Assembly (NCBI GenBank): GCA_038087875.1
Contig: CM075997.1
Span: forward strand, 4,404,001 to 4,468,000
Reading direction: 5' to 3'
DNA from: Malacoraja senta
Lineage: Eukaryota
Length of the DNA: 64,000 nucleotides
Part shown: piece after piece, positions 1 to 14,553 of the stretch
How the letters are laid out: each line of letters opens with the position of its first letter
Numbering within the stretch: position 1 is the stretch's first letter
Made by a program: the position numbers and the translations under genes
The notes under the pieces: generated by a model
What the model was told of the DNA's origin: nothing
What the model saw: only the letters and a program-made list of their open reading frames with translations
Databases searched by the model: none

Positions 1-864
1 AAGGATCTCCTGTGGCGTTCTGTTCTGCATCTTGGTGGAACCAGTCTGTTGCTGAAGGTGCTACTCAGGTTGACCAGTGTGTCATGGAGGGGATCTAATT
101 GGATAGCATGCAGTGGAAGGCTTTTCACTGTACCTTGGTACGTGTGACATTAATAAACCTAAACCCAAATCCAGACATGTTCTCTCTACTGATCGGCACG
201 GTGGCGCAGCGGTAGAGTTGCTGCCTTAAAGCGCTTGCAGTACCGGAGAACCTGGTTCGATCCTGACAACCGGTGCTGTCTGTACGGAGTTTGCACGTTC
301 TCCCTGTGACCGAGTGGCTTCAGTTTCCTCCCACGCTCCCAAGACGCACAGGTTTGTAGGTTGATTGGCTTGGTATAAATGTAAAATTGCCCCTCGTGTG
401 TAGGGTAGTGTTAATGTGCGGGGATCGCTGGTTGGCGCAGAATCGGTGGGCCGAAGGGCCTGTTTCCACCCTGTATCTCGAAGATGGAAACAAATTTCAA
501 AACCGTTTATAGGGTGCAGGGACCAATAATCTTTGTATAATTTCCTTCAGACTTGATCTATTACCCATCTTGAATCTTCTCACGGCCCATGAACTTATTG
601 GTCAGGCCAGTTCGGAGTTCAATTTACAGTCAAACACATTGCTATGGATAGAGAACTGCACTGAGGCAAGTATACTTCACATCCAGATGTACATTACTGA
701 ACCAAATAGATACTTACAATAAGCCAGCAATTCTGCTGCCACCATTACCGATATTAGTTATTTAATCCGTCTTAAAATTCCGCAGCTGTCCACTGTCCAC
801 TAGATACTCTACAATACTTTGCTCGACGAATGCTTACCACTCTTGTTTTGTGCTGCCTCATGCA

Positions 865-1132
865 TCACGGTGGCGCAGCGGTAGAGTTGCTGCCTCACTG
901 CGCCAGAGACCCAGCTTCGATCCTGACTACGGGTGCTGTCTGTACGGAGTTTATACGTTCTCCCCGTGACCCGCGTGGGTTTCCTCCGGGTGCTCCGGTT
1001 TCCTCCCACACTCCAAAGACGTAGGCTAATTGGCTTCGGTAGATATTGTGTGCGGGGATCGATGGTTGGCACGGTCTCGATGGGCCGAAGGACCGTTTCC
1101 GCGCTGCACCTCTGAATTAAACTAAACTAAAA
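865..1132 (+). mobile_element. tRNA-derived V-SINE/HE1-type SINE (representative)
   Basis: A box TGGCGCAGCGG, B-box-like GCTTCGATCC, conserved core gagttt..acgttctccccgtg...ggtttcctcccaca, (AAACT)n tail. About 20 more copies, e.g. 195-485, 7093-7402, 10540-10848, 11960-12245(-), 21415-21725(-), 29175-29468(-), 30175-30485(-), 48345-48642(-), 50950-51410(-), 55180-55455 and 61955-62250. Confidence 0.85.
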
Positions 1133-1214
1133 CGTGAGCAGTCCAATGATATAACTACGATCCTGCCATGTCCACAGAAAGACCAGCGCTGGGGAAATGC
1201 ATTAATTCAGTAAA

Positions 1215-1593
1215 CAGGTCCGCCACCGGACAAAATTGCGAGAGCGCTCTTGAAATCCCCCCCTGGAAGTCCCCCCGAGAATGTGGCGCCTAGGCCGGGT
1301 GAGGCGGCCGATCTCGACCTCATCGGGACTTCCGCGGCCGATCGGCGGGATGAATCTGCCCCCTGCGGCCGGGGCTCTGGAACTCCCGCCCGGCCGGAGC
1401 CGGCAGATCCGTTCCCATTGGCGGTTCCGAGGACGACTTTGCGGGTCGGTATCTCGGCCGCCCGGCGGTCTAGGCGGACGGTTCAGGTACCGTTGGACTC
1501 CTCTTGGAGGCCATGACCTCTGTTGATCCGGAAAAACGGATAATCCAGCAAGGCTCTTGAACCAAGGGTGCCGGAAAATCGGTGGTGGACCTG
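1215..1593. mobile_element. Probable Tc1/mariner (pogo/Tigger-like) MITE
   Basis: Inverted ends CAGGTCCGCCACCG / CGGTGGTGGACCTG and a GC-rich interior. The TA TSD is not preserved. Confidence 0.5.
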
Positions 1594-1668
1594 AATCACA
1601 TTACGAGGGGCATTGATAATGTGGACTTTGAGAACTTATTTCCCAGAGTGGAACTGTCATAGACTAAT

Positions 1669-1994
1669 AGCCCTGTCCCTCGGTACGAGTTCATTCAAGA
1701 GCTCTCCCAAGTTTTAAAAAATCAAACTCGTGGTAAGCACGGAGAATGAACGTAGCGGGTACGTCGGAGCTCGGGGACGTCTCTTAGCGGCTCGTAACGC
1801 TAACGGCAGGTACTCAGGAAGACTCGCTAACGGCAGGTAAGCTTGGGAAGACTCGTGAAGATTTTTCAACATGTTGAAAAATGTCCACGAGAGCCCCGAG
1901 TACCGACGAGCGGCCATTACCGTAAATCTCCGAGTTCGAATCAGGGCAAACTCGGGAGAGCTCTTGGAATGAACTCGTACCATGGGACAGGGCT
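1669..1994. mobile_element. PIF/Harbinger-type MITE
   Basis: TIR AGCCCTGTCCC/GGGACAGGGCT extended by ggtacgagttcattcaagagctctccc. Interrupts a CR1 fragment. Confidence 0.7.
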
Positions 1995-3957
1995 TTTAGT
2001 GTTGAGGTGAGATGAGCAAAGTTTAAAGGCGATGTGAGTGGCAAGATTTTTACGGAGTGGTGGGTGCCTGGAACGCGCTGCCAGGGGTGAAGGTGGAGGC
2101 AGATACGATAGTGGTGCTAAAGAGGCTTTTAGATGGTCACATGAATATGCAGGGAATGGAGGGATGTGGATCACGTGCAGGCAGAGGAGAGGAACTTGGC
2201 ATCATGTTCGGCACGGGCATTGTGGTGAGACGGACATGTTCTATGTTCTATTTATGGTGACTTGGGTTCAGTGTTGTGAATGCTCTTCTCATTCCATCTA
2301 GATACATAGATACATAGATACATAGAAAATAGGTGCAGGAGTAGGCCATTCGGCCCTTCGAGCCTGCACCGCCATTCAATATGATCATGGCTGATCATCC
2401 AACTCAGTATCCCGTACCTGCCTTCTCTCCATACCCCCTGATCCCTTTAGCCACAAGGGCCACATCTAACTCCCTCTTAAATATAGCCAATGAACTGGCC
2501 TCAACTACCCTCTGTGGCAGAGAGTTCCACTCTCTGTGTGAAAAGGTTTTTTCTCATCTCGGTCTTAAAGGATTTCCCCCTTATCCTTAAGCTGTGACCC
2601 CTTGTCCTGGACTTCCCCAACATCGGGAACAATCTTCCTGCATGAAGTCCGACACTGCTCAGAGTGAGTATATTTTAACAGTTCCCCCATTCCTGTTGCC
2701 CAAGGCCTTGTGACTAACTGAGGTCTGAAGAAGGGTCTCGACCCAAAACGTCACCCATTCACTCTCTCCAGAGATGCTGCCTGTCCTGCTGAGTTACTCC
2801 AGCTTTTTGTGCCTATCTCCGGTTTAAACCAGCATCTGCAGTTCCCAGGAGGAGGAGGGTGGGGGGGGGGGGGACTGGAGGTAGGAAAAGGCCAGAATCA
2901 ATCAGTACCAGCAACAGATGACAAGGAAGGCAGGAGCCCACAATGGTTCATTGTTGACTGGTGAAGAGGTAATAATAAATGGGGAAGAGGTATGAACAGT
3001 GGAAACTAGTAGGCCGACTAGGGTGGGGGAGGGAAGGGGGAGAGAGGGATTGCAGGGGTTACTTGAAATTAGAGAAATCAACGTTCAGACCGCTGGGAGG
3101 AACAATAGAGGACCCGCCCTGGGGGGACCGCCGAGAGGGAGGGAGGGGGGTGGGAGAACAAAGGGGGACCTGGCGCAAGGGGAACTTTGTAACTTCATCG
3201 GCGCCCTTTATGTGGCGACTATTTGCATACCTTGGTGCAAGGAATTTCACTGTGGCTTGCCACGTGTAACTATAAAGTATCCATTCATTCATTCATACCT
3301 CAAAAAGGCAGCCAAAATCATCAAGGACCCACACCATCCTGGCCACACACTTATCTCACCACTGCCATCAGGAAGACGGTACAGGAGCCTGAAGACTGTA
3401 ACGTCCAGGTTCAGGAACAGCTCCTTCCCCACAGCCATCAGGCTATTAAACACAATGAATAAGCTCTGAGTTCTGAACTACAAAAGACTATATTATAATT
3501 GTTATTTGCACTATACTTGTTATTTATTGAATTTTTTATTTTTTTCCCCCATTATATACAATGTTTACATATTCACATATTCTGTTGTGCTGCAGCAAGT
3601 AAGAATTTCATTGACCCGTCCGGGACATATGACAATAAAACTCTCTTGACTCTTGACTCTTGACTCATTCATTCATTCATTATTTCATGGGTTGTAAGTG
3701 TTGATTTCTCTCATGTCAAGTAACCCCTGCATTCCCTCTCTCCCCTGTCCTCTTAGCTCCAATGAAACGGATGCAGAACAGGTCTCCCAAGGCTGAGGGT
3801 GGCACTGTACCCCAGTGGAAGGAATGTCGGCTAATTTCGTTTAGTTTAGTTTACTTTAGAGATACAGCGCGGAAACAGGCCCTTTCGGCCCACCGGGTCC
3901 GCGCTGACCAGCGATCCCTGCACACTAACACTATCCTAAACCCACTAGGGACAAATG

Positions 3958-6900
3958 TCATTAGATTATTTCAAATTACAAAACAGGAACATTTTGAATT
4001 TGGGGATAAACCACACAAACTGTTTGCTCGACAACTGAAAAAACGGGAAAAGGATCACACGATTTTACAGATTCAATCAGATAAAGGGGAATTGTTAACA
4101 CTACCTAAGGATATTAATAAAAGATTCGCTCAATTTTATCAAAACTTATATACATCTAAAGCGTTAGCAGATAGTACCAAAGTTAGAGAGTTCCTGGATA
4201 ATTGTAATCTCCCAAAACTCAATTTGATCGAACAAGAGGAATTAGGTGCACAAATCTCAACTAAGGAAATAGAAGAAACAATAAATACATTAAAGAATGG
4301 AAAAACTCCAGGACCAGATGGTTTTAGTAATGAATTTTATAAAAGATTTTACGAGATAATTACACCATGACTACATAAAATGTATACATATGCTTTTAAA
4401 GAACATACACTTCCAGAAACATTAGCGGAATCAACGATTACACTTATACCTAAAAAAGTAAAGATTTAGAAGATCCGGGTTCTTATAGAGCTATTGCGTT
4501 GTTAAATACAGATCAAAAAATATTAGCGAACACATTAGCTAGAAGATTAAGTAACTATGTTAGTAAATTAATAAATCCGGATCAGACAGGGTTTATACCC
4601 AAGAGATATTGATGCAATAACCTGAGACGTCTGTTTAATATAATGCACTCACATAAAACCGAAGAACAAGACTTATCAATTATTTCACTGGACGCAGAAA
4701 AAGCATTTGATCAAGTGGAATGGGATTACCTTGTCAAAGTATTGCAAAAATTTCAAATGGGAGAGAATTTTATCGCTTGGGTAAAATTATTATATGATAG
4801 GCTTACTGCCAGAATATTAACTAATAATATTTTGTTCCCGAAATTTCAATTATCAAGGGGAAATAGACAGGGATGTTCATTATCACCTCTGCTATTTGCT
4901 CTTGTAATAGAACCGTTAGCGGAAAGTATTAGAGTCCATCCAAATACAAAATACTCAAATAATAAGATATCATTATACGCAGATGATATACTACTATATA
5001 TCACAAAATCACAAATTAGTATACCAAATATATTAAATTTAATAGAGGAATTTGGATCCTTTTCAGGATATAGAATAAATTGAAATAAAAGTGAAATTAT
5101 GACGATTAAACCTCAAGACCCAACACACCTGTTAAAATTCCCTTTTAAAATCGCTTCAGAAAAATTTAAATATTTGGGAATTGAAATTACTAGAAAATAT
5201 AAATCTTTATTTAATGCAAACTATATGCCCTTACTCAATAAATTAAACATACTGATTAAATTCTGGAAAACTCTTCCGATGTCTCTTATAGGCCGAATAA
5301 ATACTATAAAAATGATCTTTTTACCACAAATTTTATATCTATTCCAGTCAATATCGATATATTTACCAATTTTTTTTTTTTAATTGGATGCTGATATTAC
5401 AAACTTTATATGGGACTATAAATCCCACAGAATCCAAAGAAAACATTTGTGTAAACCTAAGGAATCTGGCGGCTTATCACTCCCTAATTTTTTATATTAT
5501 TACTGGGCCACAAATGTCAAAAATATGATTCACCTGTTGGACAATTCGGCCCAGCAGGTGGATTGGATAGTAATGGAGAGAGAGGATTGTTCCCCTTTTA
5601 ACATAGGAGCGATCCTTCTCTCACCAACAAAAATGAAGAATACAATATACAGTAAAAATCCAATTGTTCATAGTACAATTAGAATTTGGAAACAAATAAA
5701 ATTAACTTTAAAATTAAGAAATCTATCACTTCACTCACCTATAATGAATAATCCTTCGTTTAAACCTATGATAGATAAATCTTTTATAAATTGGGATAGA
5801 GTAGGAATTAAAATGTTTGGAGATATGTATGATAATGGAAGATTTTTTTTAACATTTCACCAACTACAACTTAAATACAACTTGAGTAGTAATCAATATT
5901 TTAAATACTTTCAAATACGTGACTATTTGAAAAAATATACACGAGAATATCAAAATATGTCTCCTGACCCATTAGATGGGATAAGGAATATAAAAGCGGA
6001 ATCAGCTAATTTAATATCATACCTGTATAATTCCATTTCAAACATAGAAATTCCATCATCTGATGGGATTAGAAGAGAATGGGAACAGGAACTAGCTATA
6101 AAAATCTCGAAAGAGAGTTGGGATAAACACCTGTTATATGTGCATAAATGCTCGATTAACGTAAGACATACTCTAATTCAATTAAAAATTTTACATAGAT
6201 TATACTATTCGAAAGTTAAATTAAGTAAATTTTACCCAAATACCTCTTCTATCTGTGATAAATGCCTAACCCAAGAAGCAACTATAGCACATTCTTTTGT
6301 TTTTTGTATAAAAATCCAAAAATTTTAGAATGAAATTTTTGAAATTTTCACTAAATTATTTAAAATAAAGCTGAAACCGAATGCAGAACTGATTATTTTT
6401 GGAACAATAGAAGCAAGTTTGGAGCTGACTTCGTTTCAAAGGAGTTTCCTTAATTATGGCTTAATAACGGAAAAAAAACGTATACTGAAATTTTGGAAAA
6501 AACTCCCACGCTAATGACAAAAATGTCAGAATTGTTACACCTAGAAGATATGAGATTCCTCTTAGCAGGTAAACCAGACCAATTCCAAAAGATTTGGTCT
6601 CCATTTATCGACTTATTACAAACATAGGGTGCAACAAATGTTGATAATAAATGGTTTCAGGACCTGGCGAGGGGTGAGTAAAGATATGAAGGAGGGACAT
6701 CCCTTTCATATTGTCCTACCTTATCTTATGTTTTATTTTTTCTTTTTCCTCCTTTTGTTTTTTCTCTTTTTCTTTCTTTTTTTTTTCTCTCTAACTATTT
6801 CTTGTGGTTTAGGTCCATATGGGTGTTCCTGGACCACTCTTTCAATCACTCACTTACTATCTTTACTAACTCTTTCTATCCTTTTCTCTTTATTAAAGTT

Positions 6901-6990
6901 TAAAATAAGAAGTGGTACAAGAAAAGTATCAACTTACGTTATTGCAGATTATTGTAATGTACAATACTTCTAATAAAATAAAAAATACAA
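3958..6990 (+). mobile_element. 5'-truncated L1-clade LINE (ORF2 RT and C-terminal domain, broken by stops and frameshifts)
   Basis: Motifs GKTPGPDGF, SLDAEKAFDQVEW, RGNRQGCSLSPLLF, SLYADDILLY, FKYLGI, GGLSLPNF, CDKC..ATIAHSF. T-rich 3' UTR, then AATAAA and an A-rich tail near 6972-6990. Confidence 0.92.
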
Positions 6991-7816
6991 TAAAGTATTA
7001 ACTTGTGTTGGCATAAACTGTTCAGAGCACTTCAAGGCTCTTTACAGGAATGTCATCAAATTAAGTTATCAAATTAACCAATACTTTGGTGGGGCACGGT
7101 GGTGCAGCGTTAGAATTGCTGCCTTACAGCACCAGAGACTTGAGGTCGATCCCGACTACAGGTGGTGTCTGTACGGAGTTGGCACGTTCTCCCTGTGACC
7201 ACGTGGGTTTTCTCTGGGTGCTCTGGTTTCCTCCCACACTCCAAAAATGTACAGTTTTGTAGGCTAATTGGCGTAGGTAGAAAATTGTGAATTGTCCCAT
7301 GTGTGTAGGATAGTGAAAATGTAAAGAGATCGCTGGTCGGCGCGGACTCGATGGGCCGAAGGGCCTGTTTCCGCGTGGAATCTCTAAACTTAACTAAACT
7401 ACTAGAGATCTTGGAGGGTTGCAGCACTGGTGGGGGGAGCGTACGTGAGGGGGGGCCTCATTGAGACGTACAGTATAGTGAAAGGTCCCGGATAGAGTGG
7501 ATGTGGAGAGGATGTTTCCACTAGTGGGAGAGTCTAGGACCAGAGGTCATAGCCTCAGAATTAAAGGACGCATTTTTAGGAAGGAGTTGAGGAGGAATTT
7601 CTTTAGTCAGAGGGTGGTGAATCTGTGGAATCCATTGCCACCGATGGCTGTGGAGGCCAAGTCTTGATCACTTGAAGATTCTGAGCAAAGGGAAGAAAAT
7701 GTTAAAATCCTACTCTAGAAGTCAGCGGGTTTGGTGAATGGAAGGCCCTTGAGTGAAAATGACTTTGTGTAAATAAGGGATGTAAATTTTCTTGGACAGG
7801 ATTAAGTATATTTGGA

Positions 7817-8441
7817 AGATAGACACAAAATGCTGGAGTAACTCAGCGGGGCAGGCAGCATCTCTGGAGAGACCCTTCCTCAGATAGAAGAAGCGTCTCG
7901 ACCCGAACTGTCACCCATTCCTTCTCTCCAGAGATGCTGCCTGTCCCGCTGAGTTACTCCAGCATAATGTGTCTATCCCACACTGACCTTTCTGCCCAAG
8001 GCCTCCTCCATTGTCAGAGTGAGGCCAAAAGCAAATTGGAGGAACAGTATCTCATATTTCGCTTGGGCAGCTTACAACCCAGTGGTATGAATATTGATTT
8101 CTCTAACTTCTCTAACTTTGAAGCTGGACCAAGTCATACCAGCTTCAAAGTCATCTTGTTGAGTCTCATTGTCTGTAACTCGTTCTCACCTAACACACAG
8201 CTAACAATGGCCTGTTTCCTTTATCATCGTTACTTTTCTGCATAACTTTCATTCATTTGTTCAACATCACCGTCTATATCTCCCATTTCCCTTTCCCCTG
8301 ACTCTCAGTCTGGGGAAGGGTCTCGGCCCAAAATGTCACCCATTCCTTCTCCCCAGAGACGCCGCCTGTCCCGCTGAGTTACTCCAGCATTTTGTGTCTA
8401 TCTTCGGTGCAAACCAGCATCTGCAGTTCCTTCCTACACAC
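7817..8441 (+). mobile_element. Penelope-like insertion with an inverted 5' terminal-repeat piece
   Basis: 10-bp TSD tatatttgga (7807-7816 and 8442-8451). Inverted terminal-repeat fragment, then the GIY-YIG C-terminus ([23 protein letters not shown]) and the terminal repeat. Confidence 0.8.
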
Positions 8442-11400
8442 TATATTTGGAGTGTAATATTGGATGGTGATAAGCAGAGTATTTGAATAGTCAAGCCTTA
8501 AGCATTTGTATGAATTTTTAGAGGGGATAACGTTAACATTGTGCAGCAATATAATGGTATTTTCTCCCAGCTAACAATGATCTATTCTACATTTTCCTTG
8601 ATCTCCATTCCCTTGGTCTAATTTTCACGCCTTTCCCTTCCTTATCTATGTATTTCCCTCTCCCCTTGATTCAGTCTGAAGAAGGGTCTTGACATGAGAA
8701 GATGTTTCACAGCATTTGTCTGTGGAATTCTCTGTGGAATTTGTCTGTGGAGGCCGGTTCACTGGATGCTTTCAAGAGAGAGCTAGATAGGGCTCTTAAA
8801 GATAGCGGAGTCAGGGGATATGGGGAGAAGGCAGGAACGGGGTACTGATTGGGGATGATCAGCCATGATCACATTGAATGGTGGTGCTGGCTCGAAGGGC
8901 CGAATGGCTTACTCCTGCACCTATTGTCTATTGTCTCTTTAACCCAAGTCACCATAAAGAAACAGAAACTCGACTCACACCTCTTCCTCCTACCCAGAGA
9001 TGCTGCCTGTCCCGCTGAGTTACTCCAGCATTTTGTGTCCATCTTCGGTAAGAATCCTTCAGATTGATTTGGCTTGGCGGAGAAATACAATTACTGCTGA
9101 TTAGAATTCTGAGGCACTCACTCTCAAATCTTCCCCTTATTTATTCCAGGCACTCTCTGAGCAGCCTGTACTGAGAATCCAATTTAGCTGACCTCGAATG
9201 CTTCGATGTAACTGTGAATTCGCAGCAAAACCGTTTAATTTAGTTTGCAACCGATCCACGTAGAATTTTCAAGCCTTCCATCCTCCTGGTATCCGATAAT
9301 CAAAAAACCACAAACACAGCAAAGCAGATCTTTCTAAAATCTTTACTTTTGACAATACTTTAACTAATATATTGTAGGTTTCCATGGTGACAGCTGCAGT
9401 CACAGCTTTCCTCCTTGTTTGGTCTAGAGATGCAGTACGGATACAGGCCCTTCTGCCCGCCGAGTCCGTGTCGACCACCGACCACCCATACACCAGCACT
9501 ATCCTACACACTCCGGGGACAGTTTTACATTTACACCAAGCCAATTAGCCTGCAAACCTGTCCAGATACGTCTTTGAAGTGTGGCAAGAAACCAAAGATC
9601 TCGGAGAAAATCCGCACAGGTCACGGGGAGAACGTGCAAACTCCGTACAGACAGCACCCGTAGATCATAAGATCTTTGGTGATTGGAGCAGAATTAGGCC
9701 ATTCGGCGTATCAAGTCTACTCCGCCATTCAATCATGGCTGGTCTATCTCTCCATCCGAACCCCATTCTCCTGCCTTTTCCCCCATAACCCCTGACACCC
9801 TCTGTAAGCGCTGTAAAGGGGTTGTCCCACTTGGGCGACCTAATCAGTAACTCAGCGGGACAGGCAGCATCTCTGGAGAGAAGGAATGGGTGAAGTTTTG
9901 GGTCAAGACCCTTCTTCAGACTGGTTAGGGATAAGGGAAATGAGAGATATAGACGGTGATGTGGAGAGATAGAGAACGAATGAATGAAAGATATGCAAAA
10001 AATTAACGATGATAAAGGAAACAGGCCATTGTTAGCACTTTGTTGGGTGAAAATGAGAAGCTGGTGCGACTTGGGTGGGGGAGGGATAGAGAGAGGGGAC
10101 GCAGATATGGCCATGTGTGGACTTTGTTTCCAAACAGCAAATGTTCCTTTCACCTGATACACGCAGATGGATTGTGAGAGGTTACTGAGGTTACTGAGGA
10201 GCGGTGAGTTGCTAATGTTGCCGTGATATTAGTAAGATGAAGTAGATTTATTGCAAATTGCAATTAGACAGAGAAATGTTGGTCTGTAATTAATCAACCC
10301 GTATAAAAATTCCCAGCCATGCTAGGTTCTAAATTTAACACTAGTGATTAAGAACAAAGTGGTGTCTTTATACACACGGAGGGCTGGCACCAACATGTCA
10401 CGGCATCCACAAGCTTACCATAGTAACCTGACTTCCATTTCGAACTCTTATGCCTCGCTAGAAACAGAAAGTGTTCCAGTTTTGTTTTAGCCCAGAGCAG
10501 AAAAGGTCCCTTGAGTTATTTGTCTACGTAGAGAGAGGAAGCACAGTAGCGCAGCGGTGGAGTTGCTGCCTCACAGTGCCAGAGACCCAGGTTCGATCCT
10601 AACTACGGGTGCTGTCTGTACGGAGTTAGCACGTTCTCCCCGTGACAGCGTGCGTTTCCTCCGGGTGCTCCAGTTTCCTCCCGCACTCCAAAGACGTGCA
10701 GGTTTGTAGGTTTATTGACTTCGGTTGTAAATTGTCCCTCGTGTGTTGAGGATAGCGCGAGCGTACAAGGATGAATGGGTGACATCATGGCCTCGGTGGG
10801 CCGAAGGGCCTGATTCCGCGCTGTATCTCCAAACTAAACTAACTAAACCTTCTCCAAGGAGAACTGGTATTGTGCCACACAGAGTCACAGATTCATACAG
10901 CTCGGAAACAGGCCGTTCGGCCCAACTTGCCCACACCGGCCAACATGCCTCATCTACACTACTCAGACCCATCTGCCTACATTTGGCCGATATCACTCTC
11001 AACCTGTCCTGTCCATGTATCTGTCGAAATGTTTCTTAAACGTTGCGATAGTCCCTGCCTCAACTACCTCCTCTGGCAGCTCGTTCCATACACCCACCAC
11101 CCTTTGCGTATAAAAGTTACCCCTCAGGTTCCTTTTAAATCTCCCCCCCCCCCCTCACGTTAAGTCTATGTCCTCTAGTTCTCCATTCCCCTACTCTGGG
11201 CAAGAGACTCTGTGCATCTACTCGATCTATTCCAGTGTTGACCTGAACTATTCCAACCTGCAGCCTGCAGGTCGCCAGTATCTTGGATCCCCATGTTGGC
11301 ATGTACACAAAGCCCAGGCCGTGTTGTCATCTGCGTTTTATTCCAATTCTAGCTCGAGATTAGAGCACAGTAGAGAGCATGCTGACCGGTTGCATCGTGG

Positions 11401-13184
11401 CTTGGTTCGGCAACTTGAGCGCCCAGGAGCGAAAAGGACTACAAAAAGTAGTAAACACTGCCCAGTCCATCATCGGCTCTGACCTCCCCTCCACCGAGGG
11501 GATCTATCGCAGTCGCTGCCTCTAAAAGGCTGGCAGCATCATCAAGGACCCACACCATCCTGGCCACACACTCATCTCCCCGCTACCTTCAGGTAGAAGG
11601 TACAGGAGCCTGAGGACTACAACGACCAGGTTCAGAAACAGCCTCTTCCCCACAGCCTTCAGGCTATTAAACTCAACTCAAACAAACTCTGAACATTAAT
11701 AGCCCATTATCAGTTTATTTGCAATGTATCAGTTTATTTATTCATGTGTGTATATATTTATAAAATGGTATATGGACACACTGATCTGTTCTGTATTCAT
11801 GCCTACTAGATTCTGTTGTGCTGAAGCAAAGCAAGAATTTCATTGTCCTATCGGGGACACATGACAATAAACTCTCTTGAATCTTGAATCTTGAGATTAA
11901 GGCTGAGAGGTTATTAAGGAATCTATCTCAAGTGAACAAATCACTTGGGATTAGTGCTTTAGACTTTAGAGATACAGCGCGGAAACAGGCACTTCAGCCC
12001 GCCAGGTCCGCGCCGACCAGCGATACCCGTACGCTAACGCTATCCTACACACCCTAGGGACATTTTACAATTGTTAGCAAAGCAAATTCACCTACATACG
12101 TCAACGTTTTTGGAGTGTGGGAGGAAACCGGAGCACCCGGAGAAAACCCACGCAGGTCACGTACAAACGTACAAACGTCGAGACAGCACCCGTGGTCAGG
12201 ATCGAACCTGGGTCTCTGGTGCTGTGAGGCAGCAGCTCTACCGCTGATCTCCTTGAAAGGAATGCTGACAGAGTCCCAGCACCAGAGGGGAATCCCCTCT
12301 CGTATCTCACACTTACCCAGGGTATAAGATAGTCACTCTTAAATGTCAAGAGAAAGGGCAGGCACAGTGGTGCAGCGGTAGAGTTGCTGCCTCACAGCGC
12401 CAGAGATCCGGGTTCAATTCTGACGATGAGCGCTGTCTGTACGGAGTTTGCACGTTCTCCCCCTGAACTGCGTGGGTTTTCTCCAGGTGCTCCGGTTTTC
12501 TCCCTGGTGCGGACTCAGTGGGCCGAAGGGCCTGTTTCTGAAGACTGGGAACCAGAGAGGAGGTGGAGGGGGTCGGCGATGGCAGTGGACACTGGATAAG
12601 GAGCGATAGCTACGCGCAAAAAAAAAGAAGATAGACACAAAATGCTGGAGTAACTCAGCGGATCAGGAAATCTGAAGAAGGGTTCCGACCTGAAACGTCA
12701 CCTAATTCCTTTTCTCCAGAGATGCTGCCCGGCCCGCTGAGTTACCACAGCATTTTGTGTCTGTCTTCGGTTTAAACCAACATCCGCGGAAAAAAATAAC
12801 CTCACTGTACCTTAATAATAGCGGAATCATTGAGGTGTACAAAATCATGAGAGGAATAGATCGGGTAGACGCACGGAGTCTCTTGCCCAGAGTAGGGGAA
12901 TCGAGAACCAGAGGACATAGGTTTAAGGTGAAGTGGGCAAAGATTCAATAGGAATCTGAGGGGTAACCTTTTCACACAAAGGGCGGTGGGTGTATGGAAC
13001 GAGCTGCCAGAGGAGGCAGTTGAGGCTGGGATTACCGCAACGTTTAAGAAACAGTTGGACAGGTACATGGATAGGACAGGTTTGGAGGGGTTTGGACCAA
13101 ACGCGGGTGATGGGACTAGTGTAGGTTTAAGGTGAGGGGGGAAAGATTTAGTAGGAACCTGAGGGGTAACCTTTTCACGCAAAC

Positions 13185-13300
13185 GGTGGAAATCCTGGGT
13201 GCGGGGCGACCTGTCCCCCCCATGTTTTGAGTGGTGGGGGACCCGTCCCCCCCATGTTTTGAGAGGTGGGGGACAATCCCCCCCCCCCATGTTTTGTGAA
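13185..13300 (+). repeat. Three tandem ~30-bp units (t-Cn-atgttttg core) in a GC-rich transposon remnant
   Basis: The core tccccccc-atgttttg recurs at ~13215, 13247 and 13277. Confidence 0.6.
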
Positions 13301-14378
13301 ACATGTCGCAGCAAAACCTCAGCCTCCGAAGTCAGGTCTCAGCCGCAACGCCACCACAGCCTCCGAAGTCAGCCCGCTCCCAGATGGTCAGTCCACAGGC
13401 TCTGCCACAGGAGCTCTCAAGGTCGATTCCGGTTGGAGGCCGCCAGCTCCTAGAATCTAGCATCCCGGGACAAGCTGCAATTCCCAGGTCGGCTCGCCTG
13501 CCCCGGGACTGGCTGTGGCGTCCAGGTCACTTGCGTGCTCCGGGAATGGTTGCAGTTCCCAGGTCGCGAAAACGAATTGGAAAAGAAATATACGCCTATA
13601 CGGATTAGGCTCGTGGGCCATAGGTTGCCGCCCCCTGTCCTAGATGTTAGGCCTCATTGTGGTCCCCCCCCACGTTTAAAAGCGATTTCTGGAAGGTAGT
13701 TGAGTCAGGTACCATCGCTACATTTAAGAAACATTTAGACAGGTACGCGGATAGGACATGTTTAAAGGGATACGGGCCAAACGCGGGCGGGTGGGAGTAG
13801 TGTAGATGGGGCACAAAAAACTGGAGTAACTCAGCGGATCTGACAGCATCTCAGGAGGTAAGGAATAGTTGACGAGGGGACTAGTGTAGATGGGGCATGT
13901 TGGTCGGTGTGGGCAAGTTGGGCAAGTTTACACACTGCATGACTCTATGACTTGGTCAATCACCTTCGTTCTGGCTTTAAGACCAAACCTTTGAAGATGG
14001 AGTAGGGTGGGTGGTGGGGAAAGAATGCGTACAAAGACCCCATGAATTATATTTCAGCGTGTACTGCAGAGCGGGCCAACTTAATATACATTGTTAAAAA
14101 GAGAGATGGCTCTAATCAGGTAATTACTGCTGATTAGTTCAGCATCAGCAGCTCAGGACAATTTGGGAGCCGTTAATTAAGGATGAAATTGCCACGTTAT
14201 GAAGATTGGGGAAAATAGAAATAACCGACGATGATTTGAAAAGAAATGATCATGCTTGACTAAACTTCCGGAACAATCGAAGGAGATAACTTGCGCAGTA
14301 GATGAGGAAAGTGGTTTGTGTAGGAAGGAACTGCAGATGCTGGTTTAAACCAAAGGTAGACACAAAAAGCAGGAGTAA

Positions 14379-14553
14379 AGGGCCTGTCACTTGGCCGCCA
14401 TTTGCGCGTAATTTACGCGACATCATTTACGCGTCACGACGCACGACGAGCGCACGGTGCGCATTACGAGCGCATGGTGCGTGCTGCCGCCTCACCACGC
14501 GCCAACCAATTTTTAGGATGTCGCGCAAATGACGCCCAAGTGGGACAAGCCCT
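14379..14553. mobile_element. PIF/Harbinger-type MITE
   Basis: TAA|AGGGCCTGTCACTT...AAGTGGGACAAGCCCT with a CpG-rich interior. Confidence 0.7.

Noticed and set aside
195..270. tRNA-like A/B boxes read as tRNA genes
   Set aside because: They are SINE heads that continue into the SINE core and tail, with no complete cloverleaf.
551..665. Open segment tttccttcag|...GAG|gcaagt reading LDLLPILNLL...NTLLWIENCTE
   Set aside because: It requires a non-canonical GC donor and has only marginal resemblance to CATSPERG.
9150..9243. Segment after a good acceptor reading ALSEQPVLRIQ / LADLECFDVTVN, faintly like CATSPERG LADPGCIEASV
   Set aside because: It needs a frameshift, hits a stop, has no good donor, and the intervening catsperg exons are absent. 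Probably chance.
10167..10203. Small exon-like units with good splice motifs (also 21803-21822, ~43711-43731, 44460-44500 and 54012-54099 on -)
   Set aside because: The peptides are unrecognised or contain stops, and such motifs arise by chance in 64 kb.
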